In this document: piece by piece, positions 51,616 through 60,717 of the stretch
Layout: each line of letters opens with the position of its first letter
Numbering within the stretch: position 1 is the first letter of the stretch
NCBI GenBank assembly: GCA_036231405.1
Contig: JAZAHK010000046.1
Location: 160,001-224,000, forward strand
DNA length: 64,000 nt
DNA from: Nitrospinota bacterium
GTDB taxonomy: Bacteria > UBA8248
Direction of reading: 5' to 3'
Made by a program: the position numbers and the translations under genes
The notes under the pieces: generated by a model
What the model saw: the letters and a program-made list of their open reading frames with translations, nothing else
Told to the model about the DNA's origin: nothing
Database searches by the model: none

Positions 51616-52956
51616 ATGAGTAGGCAAAGATGGTTTATTCTAGCATCAATAATAGTCTTGGCTAGTTCTTTTTTCTTGTTCAAGAAACTTATTAAGAATG
51701 AACCTATCCCTAAGAAGAAGAATTCAAAGGTTTTAGGAAGTTTGGTAAAAACTTTTGAGGTAGAAAAGAAGAACAGAATCTTTTGGGTCTCTGGTTTTGG
51801 AACTGTGAAACCTAAGACTGAGATTAAGATCATTCCTGAGGTGTCTGGAAGAGTGATTTTTCGCTCAAAAAAATTTAGGAAAGGCGCATTTGTAAAAAAA
51901 GGTCAATTACTCTTCCAAGTTGACCCAGTAAGCTACAACCTTTCTGTTAGGCAAAAAAGGGCTGAGATCGGAAAACTGAAATCAGACATCAAACACTTAA
52001 TTCAGTCAAAGAACAATTTTCAAGCAGACCTTGATATAGCCATCAGACATTTAAACGTAATTAAGAAAGAACTAGATAGGAAGAGAAAAATAAGGCAAAA
52101 GCAAGTTATTTCGCAGCAACAATTTGAAAGAGTTGTGGAGTCTTATTTGAGGCAAGAAAGAGTAGTACAGTCTGTGAAAAATAGTTTAGCTTTAATTCCA
52201 TCGAAATTAGAACAGAAAAGAAAATCTGTCGATATAGTTAGGGTAGAACTAGATAGGTCTTTAATTGATTTGAAAAAAACTAAGTTTTACGCCCCTTTTG
52301 ACTCTAGAGTCAGCCAAGCAGAAGTGGAAGTTGGAGATTATTTACAGCAAGGAAATTTATATGGAAGGATATATGAAACTTCCTCTGTTGAAATTTCAGT
52401 TTCTATCCCGGTGGAGGAGGCTCGCTGGGTTTTCCCAAAACTGCGTTTTAAAAACTTAGAGGATTCTAAAAAGAATGATAAGAAAGTTTTTCCTTTTGCT
52501 GAAATAAAATGGAATAAATTTGGAAAATCCTTCAAATGGAAGGGAAGAGTTTCAAGGGTGGATGCAGGCCTTGATAGTTCGACGCGCACTCTTTCGCTTA
52601 TTGTAGAGGTTGTGAATACTTCAGAAATTTTATCGGGTCATCCCGTCACACCATTGACCGTAGGAATGTTTGTTTCTGTCAGGATCAAAGGTATTTTAGT
52701 TTCACAGGTTTATGCTCTTCCCCGCTTTGCTGTCCGAAGTTTGACAATAAAAGGGAAACTTTCTAATACGGTTTTTCTTTATAGAAACGCAAAGCTCAAA
52801 ATAAAGAGTGTGGATATACTAAGAAAAACAATGAATCAAGTTTTTGTTAAAAAAGGCCTCCAAGACGGAGATAAGGTGATAGTCTCTCCTTTACCTGACG
52901 CTGTAGATGGAATGAAACTAAGGAATATTCAATCTGGTGATAAAAGGAAATCATGA
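51616..52956 (+). CDS. RND efflux membrane fusion protein
   Basis: N-terminal TM, EVSGRV, VKKGQLL, long coiled coil, APFD, GL.DGD.V. Confidence 0.88.
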   Translation: MSRQRWFILASIIVLASSFFLFKKLIKNEPIPKKKNSKVLGSLVKTFEVEKKNRIFWVSGFGTVKPKTEIKIIPEVSGRVIFRSKKFRKGAFVKKGQLLFQVDPVSYNLSVRQKRAEIGKLKSDIKHLIQSKNNFQADLDIAIRHLNVIKKELDRKRKIRQKQVISQQQFERVVESYLRQERVVQSVKNSLALIPSKLEQKRKSVDIVRVELDRSLIDLKKTKFYAPFDSRVSQAEVEVGDYLQQGNLYGRIYETSSVEISVSIPVEEARWVFPKLRFKNLEDSKKNDKKVFPFAEIKWNKFGKSFKWKGRVSRVDAGLDSSTRTLSLIVEVVNTSEILSGHPVTPLTVGMFVSVRIKGILVSQVYALPRFAVRSLTIKGKLSNTVFLYRNAKLKIKSVDILRKTMNQVFVKKGLQDGDKVIVSPLPDAVDGMKLRNIQSGDKRKS

Positions 52957-52957
52957 G

Positions 52958-55900
52958 ATGAGTAATCTTATTTCATGGACCGCCAGAAATTCTGTTTTTG
53001 CAAATCTTCTAATGATAATACTAATCATTTTTGGTCTTTTTTCTCTGTGGAATATTAGAAGTGAACTAATCCCTCAATTTTCTCTTGATAGGATACGTGT
53101 GGATGTTCAATGGGATGGTTCAAGCCCCGAAGAAGTTGAAAAGGGAATTTGCGTTAAGGTAGAAGAATCTTTATCGAAAGTAGAAGGAATTAAAAAAATT
53201 ACCTCTTTAGCTTTGGAGAGCCGTTGTTCTACAGTTATTCAGGTTGAATCTTGGAAGACCCCTATTAAAGTTATGGAAGATGTAAAGGATCAGGTTAATC
53301 GTATTAATACATTTCCTGAAGAAGTAGAAAGGCCACTTATTACAGAGGTGAAACAAATGCATCAGGTGATTCACCTTTCTCTATTTGGTGATGTAAGCGA
53401 ATCAGTTTTAAAAAGAAAGTCTCAGGAAATAAAAGATGAACTTTTGCTTTTAAGTGGGATTTCTAGAGTAGTTATTGGTGGTCTTCGTAATTGGGAAATC
53501 TCTATTGAAGTTTCCGAAGAAAATTTAAGGAGATACGATCTAACTTTTGAAAAACTTTCAGAAATTATCAAGAAAAACGTTTTAGAATTAACTGGTGGAG
53601 ATATACGTTCTAAACAAAACAGGATTAGAATCCGAACAGTCGGAAAATTATATACAGGATTAGAGTTTGAAAAACTTGAACTTTTGGTGAAAAAAGATGG
53701 GACTATTTTAAGGCTTGCTGATGTAGCAACCGTGGTAGATAGTTTCGATGAGTTGGATACATCTGGAAGGTTTAATGGCAAGCCAGCATCCCTGATTAGT
53801 GTTTATAGAACGGAGGATGAAGATGCATTAAAAATATCAGAGACTGTCAAAAAGTATGTGAGAAAGAAAAAAACATTACTGTCAGATGGACTCGATTTGA
53901 ATTTTTGGGGTGACACGTCACGGATGATTCAAGATAGACTTAGTCTACTCCTTAGGAATGGAAGAACTGGTCTTATCCTTGTTTTCCTGTCTTTATGGTT
54001 ATTTTTAAATATTCGTCTATCTTTCTGGGTTGCTATGGGGCTTCCTGTTGCACTTATGTCTGCGTTAGGTTTTATAACTTTTGTTGGTGGTACTTTGAAT
54101 ATGATTTCGATGTTTGCATTTATTATGGTACTCGGAATTTTGGTTGATGATGCGATAGTGATTGCAGAGAACATTTTTTCACATATGCAAAGAGGGGAAA
54201 ATTTCATTGATGCCTCTATTAATGGGACAAAAGAAGTTGCTTTTCCTGTAATAGCTACCGTTACAACAACGATTGTTGCTTTTATCCCTCTCATGATGGT
54301 TTCTGGAACAATGGGAAAATTTATGAAAATTATCCCCATTGCGGTTATAGCTGCCCTCATTGCATCAGTTATTGAAGCATTTTTCATTTTACCCAATCAT
54401 CTTGCACATTGGATTAAGTTGCCGACCCTTGGAACTTTAGGAAATAGAATTCGAAATTATGTTGATCAAGTAATTCACTTTTTAATACAAAGAATTTACA
54501 AACCTTTTCTCATTCTATGTTTGAAAGGCAGGTACCTTGTATTGTCTTCTGGCTTCGCGATTCTTCTTTTAACTGTAGGTCTAGTTCTAGGTGGACATAT
54601 TCGTTTTTATTTTTTTCCCAATTTTGATTCTGATTGGATCCAAGCGAAATTATTGTTTCAAAGAGGTACCCCTATAGAACAGACTTCTAAGGCTATGAAA
54701 AAATTGGAAAAGGCAGTTATGGATTCAAGTGCTAATTTCGAAAAAGAAACTGGAAAAAAAATAGTAAAGCAAGTTTTTACGATTCTTGGCGAGCAAATTA
54801 TTCCTAATAGATTTGGGGTAAAAGGTTCTCATGCTGCGCATCTCATAGTGGAAATGTTGCCTTCCGAGGAAAGAGGCATTAATAGTTCAGAGGTAATTAA
54901 CGATTGGAGAAGGCGAGCAGGCGAAATCCCAGGTGTTGTAAGTTTAATATATGGGAGAACGGGCGCAAGACCTCCTGGTGGGAAACCTATAGAAATTGGG
55001 ATTTCCGGGCAAAACATTTCTGAATTAAGAGTAGTTTCAAATCTATTAAAAAAAGAGTTGTTAAAATTTTCTGGTGTTTTTGATATAGAAAATGATTTCA
55101 GGCCTGGTAAGATGGAGATTCAGACAGTTCTTAAACCACAAGCTAGGGTCTTGGGTGTGAACTTAGATGATTTGGCGAGACAGTTACGCTCACGTTTTTT
55201 TGGGTTAGAGGTAATTCGTCTGCAGAGAGGAAACGATGAAGTTAAAGTAAAACTTCGATATCCTAGAAAAGAAAGGAATGCCATCGCAGATATTGAAAAC
55301 ATGAGGATTAAAACTCGAACAGGTTCAGAAATTCCTTTTTATGAAGTTGCAAACATTAAGATGGTTAGAGGATTAGACGAGATTAAAAGGGTTGATAAAA
55401 AACGGTTTATTACTGTAAGCGGTGAAGTAAATGATCAAATAGCTAATCCTTCTGAAATAATTTCAAATCTAAAACGTGAAATTTTAACTAGATTAGAAAT
55501 AAGATTTCCGGAAGTTCGTTTCCAATTTGAAGGCCAAGCAAGAGAGACGAGAGAGTCGATTGGTAGTTTAGGAAGAGGTTTTGTTTTTGCATATCTTTTA
55601 ATATACACAATCCTCGCACTCTTATTCAGGAGTTATTTCCAACCCATTGTTGTAATGTGTGCTATTCCTTTTGGATTCGTAGGAGCTGTTTCGGGTCATA
55701 TGATAATGGGTTATGACATTTCAATTCTAAGTCTTATGGGTGTAGTTGCGCTTTCAGGTGTAGTAGTAAATGATTCTCTAGTTTTTTTAGATTTTGTGAA
55801 TCGATTTCTAAAGGAAGGTTTTACTTATGAGAAAGCTCTTCTGCAGGCTGGGATTTCTAGATGGAGAGCTATAGTCTTGACAACTTTAACGACTGCTTCA

Positions 55901-56116
55901 GGACTTGGTCCAATGTTATTGGAAAAAAGTTTTCAGGCACAGTTTCTTATTCCGATGGCGATTAGTTTGTGTTTTGGTCTCATGTTTGCGACTTTAATCA
56001 CACTAATTTTAGTGCCAGTTATTTCTCTAATCGGGAATGATATTTCATTGTTTTATAGATGGATAAATACTGGCAAATGGTTTTCACGTGAAGAGGTTGA
56101 TTCTCACTCAAGGTAA
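52958..56116 (+). CDS. RND efflux transporter permease (AcrB/D/F family)
   Basis: About 1050 aa; GILVDDAIVIAEN, GVVVND, R.RAI.LTTLTT. Confidence 0.93.
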   Translation: MSNLISWTARNSVFANLLMIILIIFGLFSLWNIRSELIPQFSLDRIRVDVQWDGSSPEEVEKGICVKVEESLSKVEGIKKITSLALESRCSTVIQVESWKTPIKVMEDVKDQVNRINTFPEEVERPLITEVKQMHQVIHLSLFGDVSESVLKRKSQEIKDELLLLSGISRVVIGGLRNWEISIEVSEENLRRYDLTFEKLSEIIKKNVLELTGGDIRSKQNRIRIRTVGKLYTGLEFEKLELLVKKDGTILRLADVATVVDSFDELDTSGRFNGKPASLISVYRTEDEDALKISETVKKYVRKKKTLLSDGLDLNFWGDTSRMIQDRLSLLLRNGRTGLILVFLSLWLFLNIRLSFWVAMGLPVALMSALGFITFVGGTLNMISMFAFIMVLGILVDDAIVIAENIFSHMQRGENFIDASINGTKEVAFPVIATVTTTIVAFIPLMMVSGTMGKFMKIIPIAVIAALIASVIEAFFILPNHLAHWIKLPTLGTLGNRIRNYVDQVIHFLIQRIYKPFLILCLKGRYLVLSSGFAILLLTVGLVLGGHIRFYFFPNFDSDWIQAKLLFQRGTPIEQTSKAMKKLEKAVMDSSANFEKETGKKIVKQVFTILGEQIIPNRFGVKGSHAAHLIVEMLPSEERGINSSEVINDWRRRAGEIPGVVSLIYGRTGARPPGGKPIEIGISGQNISELRVVSNLLKKELLKFSGVFDIENDFRPGKMEIQTVLKPQARVLGVNLDDLARQLRSRFFGLEVIRLQRGNDEVKVKLRYPRKERNAIADIENMRIKTRTGSEIPFYEVANIKMVRGLDEIKRVDKKRFITVSGEVNDQIANPSEIISNLKREILTRLEIRFPEVRFQFEGQARETRESIGSLGRGFVFAYLLIYTILALLFRSYFQPIVVMCAIPFGFVGAVSGHMIMGYDISILSLMGVVALSGVVVNDSLVFLDFVNRFLKEGFTYEKALLQAGISRWRAIVLTTLTTASGLGPMLLEKSFQAQFLIPMAISLCFGLMFATLITLILVPVISLIGNDISLFYRWINTGKWFSREEVDSHSR

Positions 56117-56206
56117 TTGAAGTTTAAATAGAATTGGTATTATGAGGATTTGTTTATGTTAATGTACAATAAACTCATCATTTTAATTTTGTCTAGGAGG
56201 TAGATT

Positions 56207-57307
56207 TTGCCGGATCTTGATCAGATTCAGTACGGTGAAAATGTTGACGAAAGCATGGAAGCTGTTATTTTAAATGCTCCAGGAGAGTTGGAAGTCAAGG
56301 CGGTTCCTACTCCTGTTCCTGGACCTTCAGAAGTTCTTGTACATGTACAATGTACTACCATTTGCGGAACTGATATTGAGATAATAAAGGGTAACCACTT
56401 ACCTCGTTGGCCAAGGCATTTCCCCGCCATACTTGGACATGAATGGTCCGGTAGGATCGTTGCTCTTGGCCCTACGACTGAGGCTTCTAATTTTGAAATT
56501 GGAGATCATGTTGCAGGTACAAGTCACGCAGGTTGTGGTGCTTGTCGATCTTGCTTAACTGGACGCTATAATTTATGTCTTAATTATGGGAATGATTCTA
56601 CAGGGCACAGACAATACGGTCATGTTTCACAGGGAACTTATGCGGAGTATGTAGTTAATAATATTCGTTCTTTACATAAGATGCCGCAAGAACTTCCTTT
56701 TGAATTTGGTTCTGCTGTTGATCCTATAGGATGTGGCCTTTGGACAGTTAAGAGAGCTTCAGTGAATCCTGGTGATACTGTAGTAGTTTTAGGTTCTGGT
56801 CCGATTGGAGTTTTTGCCTATGAGTGCGCAAGGGCTCTTGGTGCTGGTAGAATCATTGTAGTTGGTGGAGGTAGGAGATTAGAAATTTTGTCTGAACAAG
56901 GGGCTGAGGTCGTGAATTACAGAGAGGGTCAGGTTCCTGAGAAGATAGATGATATGACTGATGGCAAGAAGGCACAAGTTGTTTTAGAGACCGCCGGAAC
57001 GACAGATAGTTTTAAATGGACGGTTGATTGTGCAGGAAAAGGGGCTCGAATTGCTATCACCGGAATTCCAGATAATATTCCTGATCTTGCTTGGAAGAGA
57101 GTTGTCCTTGAAGAAATGGATATCACAGGGGTACGAGCGAATCCGAATTGTGGCGATGAAGTTATCTCTTTAATAGAAAATAAGAGGATACAGGTGAAAC
57201 CTTATATTACTCATAGTTTCCCTTTGCGAGAATATCAAAGAGCACATGACGTATTTGTTGCAAGGGAAGACGGTGCATTATTGGTGAATCTATATCCGGG
57301 AACTTAA
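56207..57307 (+). CDS. zinc-dependent (MDR) alcohol/polyol dehydrogenase
   Basis: [19 protein letters not shown]...NLC structural Zn site, GSGPIG. Confidence 0.9.
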   Translation: MPDLDQIQYGENVDESMEAVILNAPGELEVKAVPTPVPGPSEVLVHVQCTTICGTDIEIIKGNHLPRWPRHFPAILGHEWSGRIVALGPTTEASNFEIGDHVAGTSHAGCGACRSCLTGRYNLCLNYGNDSTGHRQYGHVSQGTYAEYVVNNIRSLHKMPQELPFEFGSAVDPIGCGLWTVKRASVNPGDTVVVLGSGPIGVFAYECARALGAGRIIVVGGGRRLEILSEQGAEVVNYREGQVPEKIDDMTDGKKAQVVLETAGTTDSFKWTVDCAGKGARIAITGIPDNIPDLAWKRVVLEEMDITGVRANPNCGDEVISLIENKRIQVKPYITHSFPLREYQRAHDVFVAREDGALLVNLYPGT

Positions 57308-57321
57308 CAAAAGGAAGATTA

Positions 57322-57717
57322 ATGGATAGAGAATTAAAATACGGAGCAAAAATGATTTCTGAGGCAAAATTAGAATCTGTTCCCAATCCTTGGGATAAGA
57401 GGGATTATGTTATTTCTTTTACCATTCCCGAATTTACTTGTTTATGTCCGATTAGCAATTTCCCAGATTTTGCTACAATTAATATTGATTATGTGCCCGG
57501 GAAAAAAATTTTAGAATTGAAGTCTTTGAAACTGTATATTAATCGATTCCGAAATGAAGAACATTTTCATGAGGAAGTTGTAAATCTAATACTTGATGAT
57601 TTCGTAGTTTGCTGTGAGCCTAAATGGGTAAAAATTGAAGGCGATTTTAATGTAAGAGGTAACATCAAAACTAAAGTTCATGCTATACATGGAGTGAAGC
57701 CTTCTAATTGTGATTAA
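57322..57717 (+). CDS. queF: preQ0 nitrile reductase (type I)
   Basis: [29 protein letters not shown]. Confidence 0.93.
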   Translation: MDRELKYGAKMISEAKLESVPNPWDKRDYVISFTIPEFTCLCPISNFPDFATINIDYVPGKKILELKSLKLYINRFRNEEHFHEEVVNLILDDFVVCCEPKWVKIEGDFNVRGNIKTKVHAIHGVKPSNCD

Positions 57718-57734
57718 ATATTTTGGGGATTTTT

Positions 57735-60011
57735 ATGTCAGATTATAAAGTTGCAGGAAAAGGATTTTCTAGAATTGATGCTTCTGACAAGGTTCTTGGC
57801 ACTGCTAGGTTTGCTGCTGACAACATAAGTACTAGAACCTTAATTGGAATGATTGTGGGAAGTAAACATGCGTATGCAAAAGTGATAAGTGTAGATGTTA
57901 GTAAAGCGATTAAAATTCCTGGGGTACGAGTAGTTTTAACACGAGAGGATTGTCCAGATAATAGATTCGGTGGTTCCATTAAGGATAGATCTTGGTTCGC
58001 AAAAGATGGGTATGTGAGATTTGAAGGTGACCCTGTCGCTGCAATTGCAGCTGAGAGCCGTGAAGCCGCAATTGCAGCTTCTGAGGCAATAGAAATTAAA
58101 TATAAAGTATTGGAACCTGTAGTCAGTGCACTAAGTGCAAGGAAAGGCGAAGGTCCAATTATACATAAGAATTGGAAAAATCTTAATCTTGGACCCGAGA
58201 GTGATGGAAGGGTTATTGCACGATTTGAAAAAGGAATTGGAGAACTTGAAGAAGCGTTAGAAATGTCTGATTTCGTTTTCGAGCATACTTTTCAGACGTC
58301 TTATGTACATGCGGCTTACTTAGAACCACATGCTTGTTTAGTCGAGCCAAGTGGAGATGGAAAAGTTACAATCCTGACTTCCACTCAATCACCGTTTGAC
58401 ATTAGAAATGGTGTTTGTGATGCGTTAGGTTTGCCTCATACAAAGGTAAGAGTGATTCCAACGGAAATAGGAGGTGGTTTTGGAGCAAAAATTAGATCCA
58501 CAGTGGAACATATAGTTGCTCTTTTGGCTTTAAAGACGAATAGACCAATACATTATGAAATGAGTCGTGAAGATGATCATCGAATAGTTAATCCTCGTCA
58601 CCCACATGTGATAAATATAAAAACAGGAGTTACTAAAGATGGAAAAATAATTGCACGTGACATAGATGTCACAATGGACCATGGAGCTTACGCGGATGCT
58701 GCTCCGATGCAATGTAGTAGTAAAATGGCTCTTGCTACTAGTACATATCACATCCCTAATTTCCGAATTAAAGCATGTACGACTTATACCAATGGTCCCG
58801 TTTCTGGACCTGTTCGTGCTCCTAGTGGACCTCAATATCATTATGCTATGGAAGTACATACAGATATTATTGCTAGAGAGATGGGAATCGATCCTGTAGA
58901 GTTCCGAAGGAAGAATGCTTTACAACCTGGAGACAAGATTGTTCCTTCTGGTGGGCCTTATGCTGATGGGGAATATAAAGAAGGCTCTATAAGAGATGTT
59001 TTAGAAAAGGTAGTTGAGGAAGGAGATTGGGGTGATCCAATAGATTTGGATCCTTCGCTCAGTGCTGAAGGATGGGTGCCTGGAAGAGGGATAGCGTTTG
59101 GGTATTGGCCTGGACCAGGTGGTGCAGCAAGTTGTTCTATACGCCTTAATGATGATGGAAGTTTTCATGTTGTGGGTGGGTCTGTCAACCTGACAGGTTC
59201 GAGCACTTCCCTTTGTCAACTAGCCGCAGAAGAACTTGGGGTTGGACTTGATAAAGTTCGATTTGACACTGGCGACACAGACACAGCTCCAGAATCGATT
59301 CGTGCCGCAGGCAGTATGGTAACCCGTTCGCTTGGGGCCGCAGTTTTGAAAGCTGCTAAAGATGCACGTTCTAAAATTTTGAAAGTGGCATCTTCTAAAC
59401 TAGAGGCAAATCCTGAGGATCTTGTAATAGAGGATGGTCATGTTTTTGTGAAATCTTCTCCAGATCGTTCTATTAGCTTATCCGCAGTAGCTAAATCAGC
59501 ACCGCAACTTCATGGCTTTATTTTAGGAGAAGGTGAAAGTGAAGCTCCACCACCTTGTCCTATTTATACAGCACAAATTGCTGAGGTTGCAGTGAACCCT
59601 GAAATTGGGGAAATCAAAGTTCTGCGCTTGCTTTGTGCTCAAGACGTTGGTTTTGCTATTAATCCTCTTTCTGTTGCAGGACAAATTGAAGGTGCAATGA
59701 TTCAGGGAATGGGTATGGCCTTATTAGAAAAGTTATCTCAGAATCTTGATGGGAAGCTTTCAGGTGAGAGTTTACATGATTATTTATTGCCTACGAGTCT
59801 TGATTTGCCGAAACTTGAAGTCTTTTTACTTGAAAATCCTGCTGAAGGAACCCCTTACGGAGCACGTGGAGTTGGAGAGCCGCCGATTTGTGCGACAGCT
59901 GCAGCAATTGGCAACGCCATACAGGATGCTGTTGGAGCCACTATTTTTTCAATACCAGTTTCCCCAGACGATATAAAAGAAGCTATGGGGTCACTCGAAA
60001 AAGTTTCTTGA
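57735..60011 (+). CDS. xanthine dehydrogenase-family molybdopterin-binding (large) subunit
   Basis: LEPH, STQ, IGGGFGAK, DPVEFRRKN, GQIEG..IQG.G.AL.E, GVGEPP. Confidence 0.92.
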   Translation: MSDYKVAGKGFSRIDASDKVLGTARFAADNISTRTLIGMIVGSKHAYAKVISVDVSKAIKIPGVRVVLTREDCPDNRFGGSIKDRSWFAKDGYVRFEGDPVAAIAAESREAAIAASEAIEIKYKVLEPVVSALSARKGEGPIIHKNWKNLNLGPESDGRVIARFEKGIGELEEALEMSDFVFEHTFQTSYVHAAYLEPHACLVEPSGDGKVTILTSTQSPFDIRNGVCDALGLPHTKVRVIPTEIGGGFGAKIRSTVEHIVALLALKTNRPIHYEMSREDDHRIVNPRHPHVINIKTGVTKDGKIIARDIDVTMDHGAYADAAPMQCSSKMALATSTYHIPNFRIKACTTYTNGPVSGPVRAPSGPQYHYAMEVHTDIIAREMGIDPVEFRRKNALQPGDKIVPSGGPYADGEYKEGSIRDVLEKVVEEGDWGDPIDLDPSLSAEGWVPGRGIAFGYWPGPGGAASCSIRLNDDGSFHVVGGSVNLTGSSTSLCQLAAEELGVGLDKVRFDTGDTDTAPESIRAAGSMVTRSLGAAVLKAAKDARSKILKVASSKLEANPEDLVIEDGHVFVKSSPDRSISLSAVAKSAPQLHGFILGEGESEAPPPCPIYTAQIAEVAVNPEIGEIKVLRLLCAQDVGFAINPLSVAGQIEGAMIQGMGMALLEKLSQNLDGKLSGESLHDYLLPTSLDLPKLEVFLLENPAEGTPYGARGVGEPPICATAAAIGNAIQDAVGATIFSIPVSPDDIKEAMGSLEKVS

Positions 60012-60036
60012 TTAAACTATAGGAGGATTCTTTGAA

Positions 60037-60711
60037 ATGGTTATAAATAGTTCTAATAGTTTGCCTGAAGAACTTGGGATTACAGATGAGATGATGGCAT
60101 GTCCTCTCCCCCGTGTACCATTTGTTTCTCCAGATAATATCCCTAAAGATTTGGAAGAAGAATTGAATCCCCTTTATGATTGGTCTCTGAAAATGTGGGG
60201 AACAGTTCCTAGGTTTCTTCAACTTCTTGCGAATGCACCACCCACTATGGAAGCGTGGATGCTGTTAGATCAAAAACTAAGAACAAATCGTCTAAAGACA
60301 GAACCGGATTATATTCGACATATGGAACTGTGTATTGTGAAAACAGCTTTACTTACAGAATGTAATAATTGAGTAGGACACAACGTGGAGCTCGGTCGAG
60401 CTCTTGGCCTCACAGAAGAACAAATTAGTTTATTAGAAGGGGACCAATGGTTGGGAACTACTCTTTTTACTGATAAAGAGAAAGCTGTTATTCGATGGGC
60501 AGATAGCGTTACTAAATTAACTGCGAAACAAGATGATAATGCTTTTGAAGAAATGAAAAAATATTTCTCTGCTCGCGAAATTGTAGAGTTGACGTTTATT
60601 TGTGGCATGTGGAATTTGTCAGGTCGTCTTGCAGAAGCGCTTCACTTAGTTGTAGAGCCTCCAGGATCACGGATAGAATTTCAAGAATCTGATATGAAAA
60701 AAGAGTCTTAA
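60037..60711 (+). CDS. AhpD/carboxymuconolactone-decarboxylase family protein, probable selenoprotein (CxxU, Sec112)
   Basis: Two tracked ORFs share one frame and are separated only by TGA 60370-72. Read-through gives ELCIVKTALLTEC-N-N-U-VGHNVELGRALGLTEEQI, a complete 224-aa AhpD-like protein. SECIS-like hairpin follows. Confidence 0.85.
60373..60410 (+). promoter_or_regulatory. putative bacterial SECIS element
   Basis: GAGCTC-GGTC-GAGCTC hairpin (60388-60403), with the loop starting 21 nt after the TGA; lower pairing CAA/TTG and AGG/CCT. Confidence 0.75.
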
Positions 60712-60717
60712 TTTTTA

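Noticed and set aside
57735-60011. Aerobic CO dehydrogenase CoxL or canonical xanthine dehydrogenase
   Set aside because: Lacks the AYxCSFR, AYxGAGR and FRGFG signatures; no coxMS or xdhA neighbours
60037-60711. Pseudogene or two separate small genes
   Set aside because: A single TGA exactly at the redox Cys position, an intact frame on both sides and a SECIS-like hairpin favour recoding
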